A DNA stretch of 44,311 nt, filler included, from Catajapyx aquilonaris (lineage: Eukaryota): the NCBI GenBank assembly GCA_000934665.2. It is 2 parts of 2 records of this genome, joined end to end, with 100 filler letters (N's around TTAATTAATTAA, not from the genome) between each part and the next. Parts side by side here need not be neighbours in the genome. Positions count along the whole stretch, not along the records: positions 1 to 22,033 come from JYFJ02005933.1; 1 more part is not named here. One strand, 5' to 3'. The position numbers and the translations under genes were made by a program. The notes beneath the pieces are model-generated. The model saw only the letters and a list, made by a program, of their open reading frames with translations, searched no databases and had not been told where the DNA came from. Below are positions 10,901-21,102 of the stretch, piece by piece. Within the stretch, counting starts at the first letter, position 1, and each line of letters starts with the position of its first letter.

Positions 10901-13900
10901 TTTTTAAATTTCTCAAGTTTAAGCTTACAGTACAAATTGAAAGTGTACGGTACCGTTGAAAGCGTCGTGAATAACTCTACAAAGCAAAAAAGGAACGGTC
11001 ACTCTAGGTTCAACAGAGGCGCAGATATTGCCTATTTAGTTTTAAAAACATTCTCGAACACCTACATTTTCAACTATGAATATTAATAAAGGTAATCGTC
11101 ACGAATTGATGCTTTATAATTTTTATTTATGGCAAGAAGCAAACGCCGAACACAAAAAAATTACCACAAAAATTTAAAAAACTTATTACTCGAACTGTAA
11201 TTTTTTTAATTTGCGGCATTTCTTCTTACATGCACGGTGCCGAAAATTTAAAAAATTACAGTTCGAGTAATAAGTTTTTTAAATTTTTGTGGTAATTTTT
11301 TTGTGTTCGGCGTTTGCTTCTTGCCATAAATAAAAATTATAAAGTATCAATTCTTGACGATTTTTTTGTGTCCGGCGAACTGAAAAGCCCCGGACACAAA
11401 AAATGCCAGGCGGCTGAGGCAGGTTTTCCCTCCATCTTACTACTCCGTGTAGCAGGTATGGGTCACATATTGCGTTTTGAAGCGACACTCCATTTTCCAG
11501 CCCTTATAACGCAGTAGATATTGCATTTAGAGATGTCACAATCTAACACACACGTAGTCGCGAGCCTCAAGGACGTGCTACAACCTATAACTCGATTTTG
11601 AAAATTTTGGCGCTTGTTGCGTTTTGATTGGTCACTCCTCAATTTATTATGGTCTGATCTTTGAATAAAGTTCCACATGTCAGCCTTTCTTCATTACAGC
11701 CAAGTCACAATAACAATAGCAGCAGAAGTGATTTCATTTGAAACTTTTAAGATTCAGAGAATGGTACCTGCATATAACTGACCTTGACTTTCATTGTTTT
11801 CAGTCCCATTGAAGCAAGAGTTCCTATCAAATAGGAAGCCTGTGGAAGTGACTGATAGTCGTGGAAATCCTGTGGATCTTCAGGGAGCTACATCGATGCC
11901 AATAGCTGGAGGTAAATTAAAATAGGTTATTTATTTATTTATTTATTTTATTTTTATTTGTCTTACCCTTTGCTACCCTTTGTGGGGTATTCAGTGGAAC
12001 TCCACTCCCTTACAGTATGTTCATACAATATAAGGGAATGATTAAAGCCCTGCTATACATACATGATACAGATGTGTGACATAATTTGCCGGAGACCATA
12101 ATACTACTCAGTACTGGTACATTTCTAACAAATCATGACAGTCTTGAAAAAAAGAAAGGTCTCCTTGGGAACTGCATTGAAGGACCAAAGCAGGCTGTCC
12201 GGAGGGGCCTTTGTCAGTGCATTTAGGTATTTTTGTCTAGGATAATCAAAAATAGGGCATTCAAAAAAAACATGGTGAAGGGTCTGGTTTAGCCCCATGT
12301 TGCACCAGTCGCATACTTCATCCTACACAATTTTCAGAACTTTCCCCTGAAGATAAAAGGAGGATGATAAGTTACGGATCTTCATTATTAAACGGATAAT
12401 GGGAAAGGGGAGGTCACCACAAAAATATGATTCAGGCATACTTCTGGCTAGTGCCTCGGCATAGTAACAGTAGCTCTTGGATACTACGAGGTCAGACATA
12501 TCTCGCTGCTTGAGCTTCACCAAAATACGCGGGAGAGAAAGAGATAGGTCTACTTTGTTTCCTGTCAGCCAAGGTTTGTTCAATCCCACCATTATTTTTT
12601 CTATCTGGCATAACCAGCTGTATGCTTTCGGTTGCTTGGGTTCAAAGGATCGAGTCACAAATGCCATGGCCATACCAGTTAGCGAATCTGGAGTTTTATC
12701 TATTAATTTGTTACAGAATTTGACCGTCTGACGTATCAAGCAATACGCCAGAGAGGGGAGATTCACCTGGATTCTTAAAAAGAACCCCGCAGTGGAGAGC
12801 GGCAGGAGAAAGATTTTTTTTAGATACTGGTTTTGAATTGTTTCAAAGCTCATATAGGTAGCTCACGCCCCAAGTGGGGAACCCGTATTGGAGGATAGGT
12901 ATAACCTTGACGTAAAAAAGTTTCATCGCTATCTTTAGATCTCTAACCTGAAGCCGTTGAAGCAGTATCCACAGTGCATTTACCGCTTTCTGTTTGCTGC
13001 CCTCCATTGCTTTGGCAAATTTCGCAGATGAGGCAAATGGGACACCTAAGTATTTATACTGATTTAGGATCTCAAGCGATCCTCCGCCTAAGAAAAAATT
13101 CATTTTGGGTGAAATTCTACCACCTTTCCTGAAAATTACTACTTTTGACTTCGATTGATTTATCAGCATCCCCTTGTTCTCGAAATATTTATCCAGCCTT
13201 GACAACTGGTGCTGTAGGTAAGTGGGATTGTCCGCTAGAAGTACCACATCGTCTGCATAAATTACGTATGTATGTCCTCCTGATTGCTTCCCAGATTAAC
13301 CCCCAGCGAATCTTTTTCCCCCAAAAACGCACCAAGGTCAGCTAAAAAGATATTGAATAGCGTGGGGGACAGCGATTCTCCCTGCAAAACTCCTTTGGTG
13401 ACATCAATCGGACTCAACTTCAAAGAGTTCGGACATAGTCTGGCCTTAGCATAGAGATCTCGAAGTAATCTAATGAAATTGTGACTGATCCCATACTTCA
13501 CCATCTCGCCCCACAGAAGGTCATGATTTACTGAATCGAAAGCTTTCGCAAGATCGATGAAAGCCGCATATAATTTGCCTTCCGGACGGGCAACATATTT
13601 TTGTGTTAATATGTGCAATGTGAATATATGGTCTAGACAGCCCGTGCCAGGTCTGAAAGCCGCTTGCGCTTTCGGGATCGTGTTATGTTCATCGCACCAA
13701 TTGCGGAGTCGACAGACTAAGATTAATGTGAAAAATTTAAGGACATTATTCAGCAATGATATGGGTCGGTAATTGCTTGCTATCGATGCATCTCCGCCTT
13801 TAAAGATAGGTATGATTTTGATTTGGGTCCAGCTCGCAGGAACCCTGTTCGTTGATAGACATCTGTTAAAAAGAGATCTAACTATCTGGTTTAACCTTGG

Positions 13901-16900
13901 TATATTTCATTTGTAAAAGGCATTTGGAATACCGTCCGGACCAGGCGCCGAGTTTGCTTTAAGCTGCTTGCAGCCTGAATCAAATTCAGATTGTGATATT
14001 GGGGAATCCAGGATCAGATCAGGAAGGTGCTCATGCAGTTGCGGAGACGGGTAAATTCTCAGTTCAAGGAACACTGTATGCAAATGCTCCCACCAAACCT
14101 CCTCCTTTAGGATAGTGCCCCCTCTCTTTTACGAATTAAATGACTGCACAGTGTCCCAAAATACCTTTGCGGATATCTCTCTCAGCAATGCTTGGATAGA
14201 GAATGCTAAGTATTTCCTTTTCTTGACTTTGATGTGTGCCTTATATTGTTTATTTGTCAGCAGATAGCTATCTCTATCGTGAGCTTCGTCTGTTTTGCGC
14301 CAACTACATAATTTGGACCTCACCTCCAATCTTTCCTGTTTTAACTCCCAGTCAAACCACTTTGCATTTCTCACTCTCCGATTGTTTACATTCACCTCTT
14401 TTTTTTTCACTTCTCAGCCCGAATGCAGAGAGTAGTTCCCAAATAACCACCTTCAACGTACTAGCATCTTCCTCCAACTCCCCTTCCTTTAGAAGCGCAT
14501 TCCATTTCTCCCCTTGAAAGGGAGACGGAGTGGCGCCGCGGTAACGCGCGCGCCCACGGAAGTGAAGGTCCCGGGTTCAATCCCCACCCCGGGTTCCCAC
14601 CTTCTTTCGTGCAGAGTTGGGCCATCTCTGGCTTCGTTTCGGGTGGCAATTTCCGATAGACTAAGCCACCCGGGGGAGTTCACAAAATGACCACTACTCG
14701 ACAGCGCACACGCACTTTGCACATCCCCTCCTAACAACCTTGGAGCATAATAATAAGATCCTTCTTAACACGCTCCAAAAAATAATTCCGATGGTGGTAA
14801 TCCACCCCCCATATATACGCAATAGATATGGGATAATGCAAAAAAACAAAAAAAAAAAAACAAAAAAAAAAAAATCCCCTTGAAGCTCAGGTTCCAAAAA
14901 ATTGAACCCGTCTTCTGGTACAATTGTCCGAAATTCTTTGGACCGCTGATTTATTGGTGGTTGGTCCAGCGGTCCAGCGTATTAATCCACAGGGAGATCT
15001 GAACTGGAAAATGGTCCGACTGGGTAGCTGGCAGGACAGTAAAATCATGCACATTCAGTAATATGCCCACCGACACACAAATTAAATCGACAACACTTGA
15101 TCCTCTACTTGAGGTGAAAGTATATTCGCCCTTACTATCAGATGGAGAAGCCCCATTAAGCACAACCAACAAATGGGTACATAGGAAGTTGAACAAGTGC
15201 GTTCCATACACATTTTGGGTAAAGTCTTTTGTCGCTCTGTGGTATAATTTAAGGTGGTGGGGAAACATGTAGGTCTCAGGACAAAAGGTTTTTTTCCCCA
15301 ATCTAGTGTTTGTATCACTCATCAAAATAAAGTTTGTACAGTTTGTATCGGTGAAGCAGTCTTGTTCGAGTCCATCTAACATCTGCCTTAAATTTCAATT
15401 TGGTGGAAAGTAAACCAGAATTAAAGTTACCGGCTCCTCCATTAGCCCAAACACCTCCACCGCTATATAACTACTGGCAATCTTAACAAACTTCGGTTTC
15501 AGTTTTTTATGCAATAGGAAAATCAAATCACCTGAAGCCCTGCCGTGGTCATGTGTCTTCTTCGCTTGACTTTCGAATTTAACAAAATCACTCCACAAAC
15601 CGGGCACTGTTACCGGCACTGTTTGCCATGTTTCCACTAGCCTCCACGCCCCCACTTCTTGTCTGGTGTTAGGCAAATCATAAGCAAGCACACTCAGGGG
15701 GTGACCTCGAATGTTCCATGCAATTAGTTCGATCTGGATAGGCGATCTAAGGCCTGCTGACACTGCCTCAGTGGGCATATAGTCTTAAGCACCCTCTTCT
15801 GGGTCGGCAAAATTAAGGGCAGTGACAGTATGGCGGCTCTCCACTGACCCCTGGCCCCCCTCTCACTTCTCCCGGAATTACCTCCGTTTCACAGCACTAC
15901 TTCAGAATGCTGCTGATCATCCTTGGGCACCACATCTTCGGAACTGAACTGGCACGGCGCCCCTGTTCTTGGTTGCTTCTTTGATTGAGCTGAGTCCAAT
16001 GGTGACGCGTGGCGCTTCTGAGACTGCAAGGATGGGTCCTTCCTTGCGGGAATTCCGGCCAGAACACCTCACCATGGCCTGCCTCGCGTACGCTGATCTG
16101 CCTTCACCACTGACCCGCCGTTTGCACTAAGCATCCACTGTACTCCATCAACTTAAAGCTTGTCTGCCCTCAGAGAAGCCTTCTTCCCCTCGCGTTTCGC
16201 CTCCACCAAAAATGGAACCAGTGCTCTGCGTGCCTCCCTTGTCATCTGCGAGTAATCTTCCCCAATGGCCAGAGAGGACCCTTGCTTGGCCCATTATTAT
16301 GTCTTTGTTGTAGAATCTCAGTAATTTGGCTATAAGCGGATGGGCGAGTCCCCTCCCCAGCCAGTGAGCACATGCCATTTCCAGATGCTGCGGGTTGAGA
16401 TGTAGATTGTGCTGCGAAATTACACGTCACACCAAGGCCACACAGTCACACCACGATTCCTTTGCCCTCTCAGGAAGCCCGTAAATGATTATGTTGTTAC
16501 GTCTTGATTGATCCTCCAACCTTGAGAGCTGCGACCTTAGGCGGACCACCTGTGCTGATAAAGTGGTAACGGTTTCACCCATCTGCACCACCTCCATGGA
16601 CACCTTCTCCCACTTGACACTCCACGTCTGATCCAGATTGGTCACGGCTCCGTCGATCTTCTCATGGATTACCTTGACAGCTTGGGACATGTCCGCAGAA
16701 AGCTTTCTCTGCATCTCGTCCAGCATAAGCTGGATCTGATTTGCGGTCGCCATTTGCCCCACTTGACCCACGTGTATCTGGCTTTCTCTGCTAGTCTGGG
16801 AGCTCGGTCACGCACACCCTTTCAGTTCTGCTGGCAGGAGGAAAGTCCTAAAATAGGTTATTACAATTATGACAGATGGACAAGATTGTCGTCATTGCTT

Positions 16901-19900
16901 CAATTTATGCTTTTAATTTGTGTTGCTATAATTATGGTCTGATCTTTGAATAAAGTTCCACATGTCAGCCTTTCTTCATTACTAGCCAAGTCACCGAAGC
17001 TGGTTGGCATAGTGGATAAGGCGTCCGACTGCTAATCGGGGAGCCTGGGTTCGAATCCCGGGGCCGGCAACTCTGACCGTGGTTTTCTGTGGTTTCCCAC
17101 GGTCCTTCCAGGGAAATTTCGGAGTTGCTTCCGTAATTAATAGGCCACAGCCGCTTCCTTCCATCCCTATCCTATCCCAATGAGCATAGTAAAATGAAAG
17201 CAAAGAGTTCCAGGCAAAACAAACTTCCCCCCTAAAGAGCCGATGGCTGATAACGGGGTATGAATTTATTTATTTATTTATTTATTACTAGCCAAGTCAC
17301 AATAACAATGACAGCAGGAGTGATTTCATTTTAAACTTTTAAGATTCAGAGAATGGTACCTGCATATAACTGACCTTGACTTTCATTGTTTTCAGTGCCA
17401 TTGAACCAGGAGTTCCTATCAAATAGGAAGCTTGTGGAAGTGAGTGATAGTCGTGAAAATCCTGAGGATGTTCAGGGAGCCACATCGATGCCAATAGCTA
17501 GAGGTAAATTAAAATAGGTTATTACAATATATTATGACAGATGGACAAGATTGTGGTCATTGCTTCAATTTATGCTTTTAATTTGTGTTGCTATAATTAC
17601 GGTCTGATCTTCGAATAAAGTTCCGCATGTCAGCCTTTCTTCATTACTAGCCAAGTCACAATAACAGTGGCAGCAGAAGCGATTTCATTTTAAACTTTTC
17701 AGATTCAGAGGATGGTACCTGCATATAACTGACCTTGACTTTCATTGTTTTCAGTCCCATTGAACCAGGAGTTCCCATCAAAGAGGAAGCCTGTGGAAGT
17801 GACTGATAGTCATGGAAATCCTGTGAATCTTCAGGGAGCCACATCGAAGCCAATAGCTGGAGGTAAATTAAAATAGGTTATTACAATTATGACAAGATTG
17901 TCGTCATTGCTTCAATTTATGCTTTTAATTTGTGTTATTGCTACATGGGTTTATGCTGTGATTTTTGAAAAGTTCCACATGCTATCATTTGTTCATTTCT
18001 ATCCGAGTCACAATAACAGTCCCAATGGAAGTGACTCCATTTGAAACTCTTTAAAATCAGAGAACAGTACCTGCTGCTAATTCACTGTGATATTCACTAT
18101 TTTCAGACTCATTCAACCAGTACACCCCATCAAATAGAAAGCCTGTGAGAGTGACTGATAGCCATGGTAACCCTGTGGATCTTCAGGGAGCCACATCAAT
18201 GCCAAAGGCTGGAGGTAAGTTAAAATTGGTTATTACAATCATCATGACACATGTAACCATATTACCATTGTTGTTTCAATTTATGATTTTAAATTTGTGT
18301 TGCTACATGGGTTTATGCTCTGATTTGTGAATAAATTTGGATCCCATTCTTCATTTCTATCCAAGGCACAATAACAGTGGCAACAGAAGTGATTTTATTT
18401 GAAACTTTTAAAAATCAGAGAATTGTTTCTGCATAAACAGGGTGTTCCGAATTCGTGGGTCGTTTTTTTTAAAACTGATATCGCCCAATAGCAGTCATTT
18501 TTGTGTAGCTTGTTGTGCCCCTATCCAGGTTCTCCATTACTCCCATGTGGTCAAATATAGCAGTTGCTATAGAATGGGGCCAACCCCCGTACACTATCCC
18601 TACAACCTTATCTTATCACCTGACGAGGCGTTTTGCATGAGGTGCTCGCTTGAGAGCGCCATGAGACCTTTCAATGCTTCATTATGTGGTGACCCTACCG
18701 GACCGCGCTGAACTTTATAGGTACAGAAGGGAAGCGCTACATTGGGGGACCCAACATGGTCGCAGGTGGCCATGTTGGGCCCGCATTTAGCGGCTTCCCT
18801 TTTGAATGACCTACTTTAATCATTGCTTGCGCTGTGATGGATTTTGATTGTGGGAGGAAACGGGAGAACCCCGAGAAAATCCACACGTACACGGAGAGAA
18901 CCCATGGAAACTCTATCCACATACGTATCCTCCGTCCAACCCGGGAATCGAACTCGGGACCTTAGAGGTGGAAAGCTGCGGCGTTAACCACTCGGCCACC
19001 GTGTCGCCCTAGGTCGCCACATAATGTAGCTGTGAAAGGCCGTCTCATGGCGCTCTCAAGTGAGCACCTCATGCAAAACGCCCTGGCAGGTGATAAGAGG
19101 GAGTGACCAGACCTTACTATTATAAGACCATGAATGGAGCACATGGTTAGGGGCACAACAACTGATACAAAAATAACTGCTATCAAGCGATATCAGTTTT
19201 TTAAAAACAACCCTCGAATTTGGAACAGCCTGTATAACTCACTGTGATATGCATTATTTTCAGGGTCATTGAACCAGGAGATCCCATTAAAGAGGAAACC
19301 TATAGAAGTGACTGATAGTTTTGGTAATCCCGTGGATCTTCAGGTAGCAGCCTCGGTGCCAAAGGCTAAAGGTAAATTGAAATAGATTATTATAATTATG
19401 ACCCATAGAACCATTTATAATGTGGAACGAAAACCACCTTTTAAAGTCCTTGGGAATTTATCACTATTTCCATGTTCTTTAGGTCACTCATAACTCATAA
19501 TGATCTTAATCCAGTCTGAACTTGGTTTTGACTTTGAGGCAGTCAAAAAACCAGAATTCTATAAATATAGGAGTCATTTCAAAATGAGGTGGTCCAAAAT
19601 GTTTCTCAGCTATCTCAGATTTTGCTGAAAAACGTAGCAGAAGTCCACACCTAAAGCCATAAAGCTATATGTTAAGTTTCAGCCATATTGGGGGAGGGAT
19701 GCACTTGCGTAATTTTAGATGTTAAGCCCTATAATGGCCAATTTTTTTTTATTAGGGCAAGTGGTCAGAAATCAATTAACATATTATATCCAAAGGAGGA
19801 GGAAGACAAGAAGAATTCTACTGTGGAATTCGCTTTCCCCTCCCCTAGAAATGACGTAAAATTTCACAAATGTCATGATAAGTAAAGCACAAGTGTTGGT

Positions 19901-20293
19901 GTTTTCAAATCTTCTCATGGTTCGACTCACAGACATAGATAGTGTTTCACTTTCTTTCATTTCCTCACCTAAATACTTTCAAGGGGCCATGCTTCTCTAT
20001 CTTCTCCCTCTCCCCCGCCCCCCCTTCTTCCCTCTTCCCCCTCCCCCTTCCTCTCTCCCTGTACCTCTCAATGACAGTGGCTACAGAGGTGATAATTTAA
20101 GACTTTTAATTAGAGTATGATGCATGAATTTAATTCACCTTTTTATACATTATTTTCAGATTCAGTATGTTCAAGCTCATTAAAGCAAGTCGAACCACGG
20201 AATCCCTGGTTGAAGGATGTTTGGTCGTACAATGTGGAGCACGAGTTCCGGCGGATTGGACGAGTACTACAAAAGTACAACTATGTTGCCATG
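4981..20293 (+). CDS. Partial multi-exon gene: ten tandem repeat exons plus a CAF1/POP2 (CNOT7/8)-like N-terminal exon
   Basis: AG..GT-bounded exons: 4981-5067, 7130-7216, 8746-8832 (87 nt); 9072-9179, 9419-9526, 11804-11911, 17396-17503, 17755-17862, 18107-18214, 19264-19371 (108 nt); 20160-20293. All are stop-free in phase 1. The 108-nt consensus is about VPLNQEFLSNRKPVEVTDSxGNPxDxQGATSMPIAG. No start codon exon or downstream catalytic exon was found. Confidence 0.7.
5407..5656. mobile_element. Palindromic (foldback) MITE-like element
   Basis: Imperfect inverted arms of about 120 bp centred near 5531. Confidence 0.7.
5713..6495. mobile_element. Non-autonomous DNA element with TIRs of about 190 bp
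   Basis: 5713-5905 is the imperfect reverse complement of 6300-6495. Confidence 0.75.
6566..6714. mobile_element. Small Harbinger-like MITE
   Basis: GGCCA.../...TGGCC ends in a TTAA context. Internal inverted GCGGCAAACG/CGTTTGCCGC. Confidence 0.5.
6770..6917. mobile_element. Truncated end of a Chapaev3-like element
   Basis: Ends ...TTTGTTGCCCAGTG|TTA and shares ATTTGAATTCAGC with the end of the 34470-35658 element. The other end is not seen. Confidence 0.5.
7520..8382. mobile_element. piggyBac-like non-autonomous element
   Basis: TIRs CCCTTTGTCTCC / GGAGACAAAGGG, inserted at the TTAA site of the host repeat unit (flanks are now CTAA / TTTA). Confidence 0.7.
8387..8645. mobile_element. MITE
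   Basis: Imperfect TIRs of about 33 bp: TTGAAGA(T/C)CTC...TCAAGGTCCA. Confidence 0.65.
9809..10154 (-). mobile_element. tRNA-derived SINE (family B)
   Basis: A box TGGCGCTGTGG, B box GGTTCGATCC, poly(A) tail. TSD AAATTAATCCA (9798-9808, 10155-10165). Confidence 0.9.
10558..11448. mobile_element. Mutator-like non-autonomous element
   Basis: TIRs of about 85 bp starting ACGGAGTAGTAAGATGGAGGG. 9-bp TSD GTAGCAGG(G/T). Contains a palindrome with arms of about 120 bp at 11097-11359. Confidence 0.7.
11932..16848 (-). mobile_element. Full-length but disrupted non-LTR retrotransposon (LINE; ORF1 + APE-RT ORF2, possibly RTE-X-like)
   Basis: 14-bp TSD TAAAATAGGTTATT (11918-11931, 16849-16862) and (TAAA)n tail. 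ORF1 coiled coil plus SRRNNIIIYGLPE (from 16771). APE motifs WNIRG, ETW, VVDL, SDHFPV (15778-14951). RT motifs FIDLAKAFDSV, GVLQGESLSP, YADD (13756-13250). C-terminal Cys/His knuckle near 12250-12320. Multiple frameshifts and stops. The clade assignment is tentative. Confidence 0.93.
14519..14874 (+). mobile_element. tRNA-derived SINE (family B) inserted in LINE ORF2
   Basis: A box TGGCGCCGCGG, B box GGTTCAATCC, poly(A) tail. TSD TCCCCTTGAA (14509-14518, 14875-14884). Confidence 0.9.
16993..17283 (+). mobile_element. tRNA-derived SINE (family A)
   Basis: tRNA-like head, (TTTA)n tail, TSD ATTACTAGCCAAGTC (16978-16992, 17284-17298). Confidence 0.92.
18438..19232. mobile_element. Tc1/mariner-like MITE with nested insertions
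   Basis: TIRs CAGG(G/C)TGTTCC(G/A)AATTCG...AAAACTGATATCGC at a TA site of the host repeat. Confidence 0.8.
18737..19009 (-). mobile_element. tRNA-derived SINE (family C)
   Basis: Head GGGCGACACGGTGGCCGAGTGG...GAGTTCGATTCC. Homologous to 4275-4531. Confidence 0.8.
20160..20293 (+). CDS. Exon encoding the N-terminus of a CAF1/POP2-family (CNOT7/CNOT8) deadenylase
   Basis: DSVCSSSLKQVEPRNPWLKDVWSYNVEHEFRRIGRVLQKYNYVAM|gt resembles the recalled CAF1 stretch (I/L)xDVWxxNLEEEFxxIRxVVQKYxYVAM that precedes DTEFPG. Acceptor tttcag, donor gtatgt. Confidence 0.85.
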
Positions 20294-21102
20294 GTATGTC
20301 TCTTTTTGTTAGTTAATGATGATGGTGATGATGATGATGATGATGAAGATAGGGAGCATTTTTCACCATACAAGTTTTGCACTCAATCCTTTATTATTAA
20401 ATCCCATATACCCTCCTGAGACCTGGTGTCGACATATGTCGACATCAGCAAAATATTTTTTTGGCGCCAACTAGTGATGCCAACAGAACTGTAATCTGTT
20501 GGTATCCCATGGTTACAATCTGGCCTCAGTAGGTGTAGCCACCTAGCGTCGAATATCTGACTTGGGCCGCGAAAATTAAATCGCGGATGAAATGGCGGAT
20601 TCCGCTGCTGAAACTAGGCGCTCATCTGATAAGTTTTATTTTTTTACTCACATTTAGAGTGCTATTTTCGCAATGCAGTGAATGTCCTGGGATTCACAAG
20701 GAATGTGTCTTAGGAACTGCGAAAGGAAGTGTTTGTGACAATCTTGGTTGATGTAGAGAACTGGTCATTTTCTTTTCTTCCTGAGACCAAAAATGCCCAT
20801 TTAAATGGACATCCGAAAAATGGCATTTTTAGTTGAATGGGCTGTGACTTTTCTTTAAGTGACCTATACACCAATAAGGAAGTGTGCTTTGCACTATGCA
20901 GTTCAGTTTTAAAATCTAGAATGGCAAGGTACCACTCTAGCGGGTAAGAAGGGAAGGAGCAAGCCCCATCCCTGGAGTGGTGGCGTTCAAAAATTATTTC
21001 ATTTATCTTTAATTGTCTTCTGAGAGGAATTGCTACCACGAATTCCACAAATGAATTTAAAAAACATTGTTTTGAGGATAGAGCACTATGTTAGTGATCC
21101 AT

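Larger units (their letters stand above)
9616..11640. mobile_element. Sola-like non-autonomous DNA transposon hosting nested insertions
   Basis: 26-bp TIRs G(T/A)GGAGTGACCAATCAAAACGCAACA with a 4-bp TSD, AATT (9612-9615, 11641-11644). Confidence 0.75.
8746..19400 (+). repeat. Tandem exon+intron unit of about 350 bp, interrupted by TEs
   Basis: Uninterrupted spacings are 347 (9072->9419), 359 (17396->17755) and 352 (17755->18107). Intron sequence (AAAATAGGTTATTACAATTATGACAG...AGTCACAATAACA...CCTGCATATAACTGACCTTGAC) recurs in each unit. More diverged copies extend back to about 4950. Confidence 0.92.

Noticed and set aside
16993..17070. Functional tRNA-Ser(GCT) genes (also at 41858 and 3501)
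   Set aside because: They are embedded in SINE bodies with tails and TSDs and lack the long variable arm.
18619..18680. Hammerhead ribozyme (CTGACGAG here; CTGAAGAG at 21212)
   Set aside because: No correctly placed GAAA or closing stems, and the CTGACGAG core is not conserved in the other copies.
8746..19400. CRISPR-like or satellite interpretation of the repeated units
   Set aside because: The units are about 350 bp with splice sites and an open frame, there are no unique spacers, and the context is eukaryotic.
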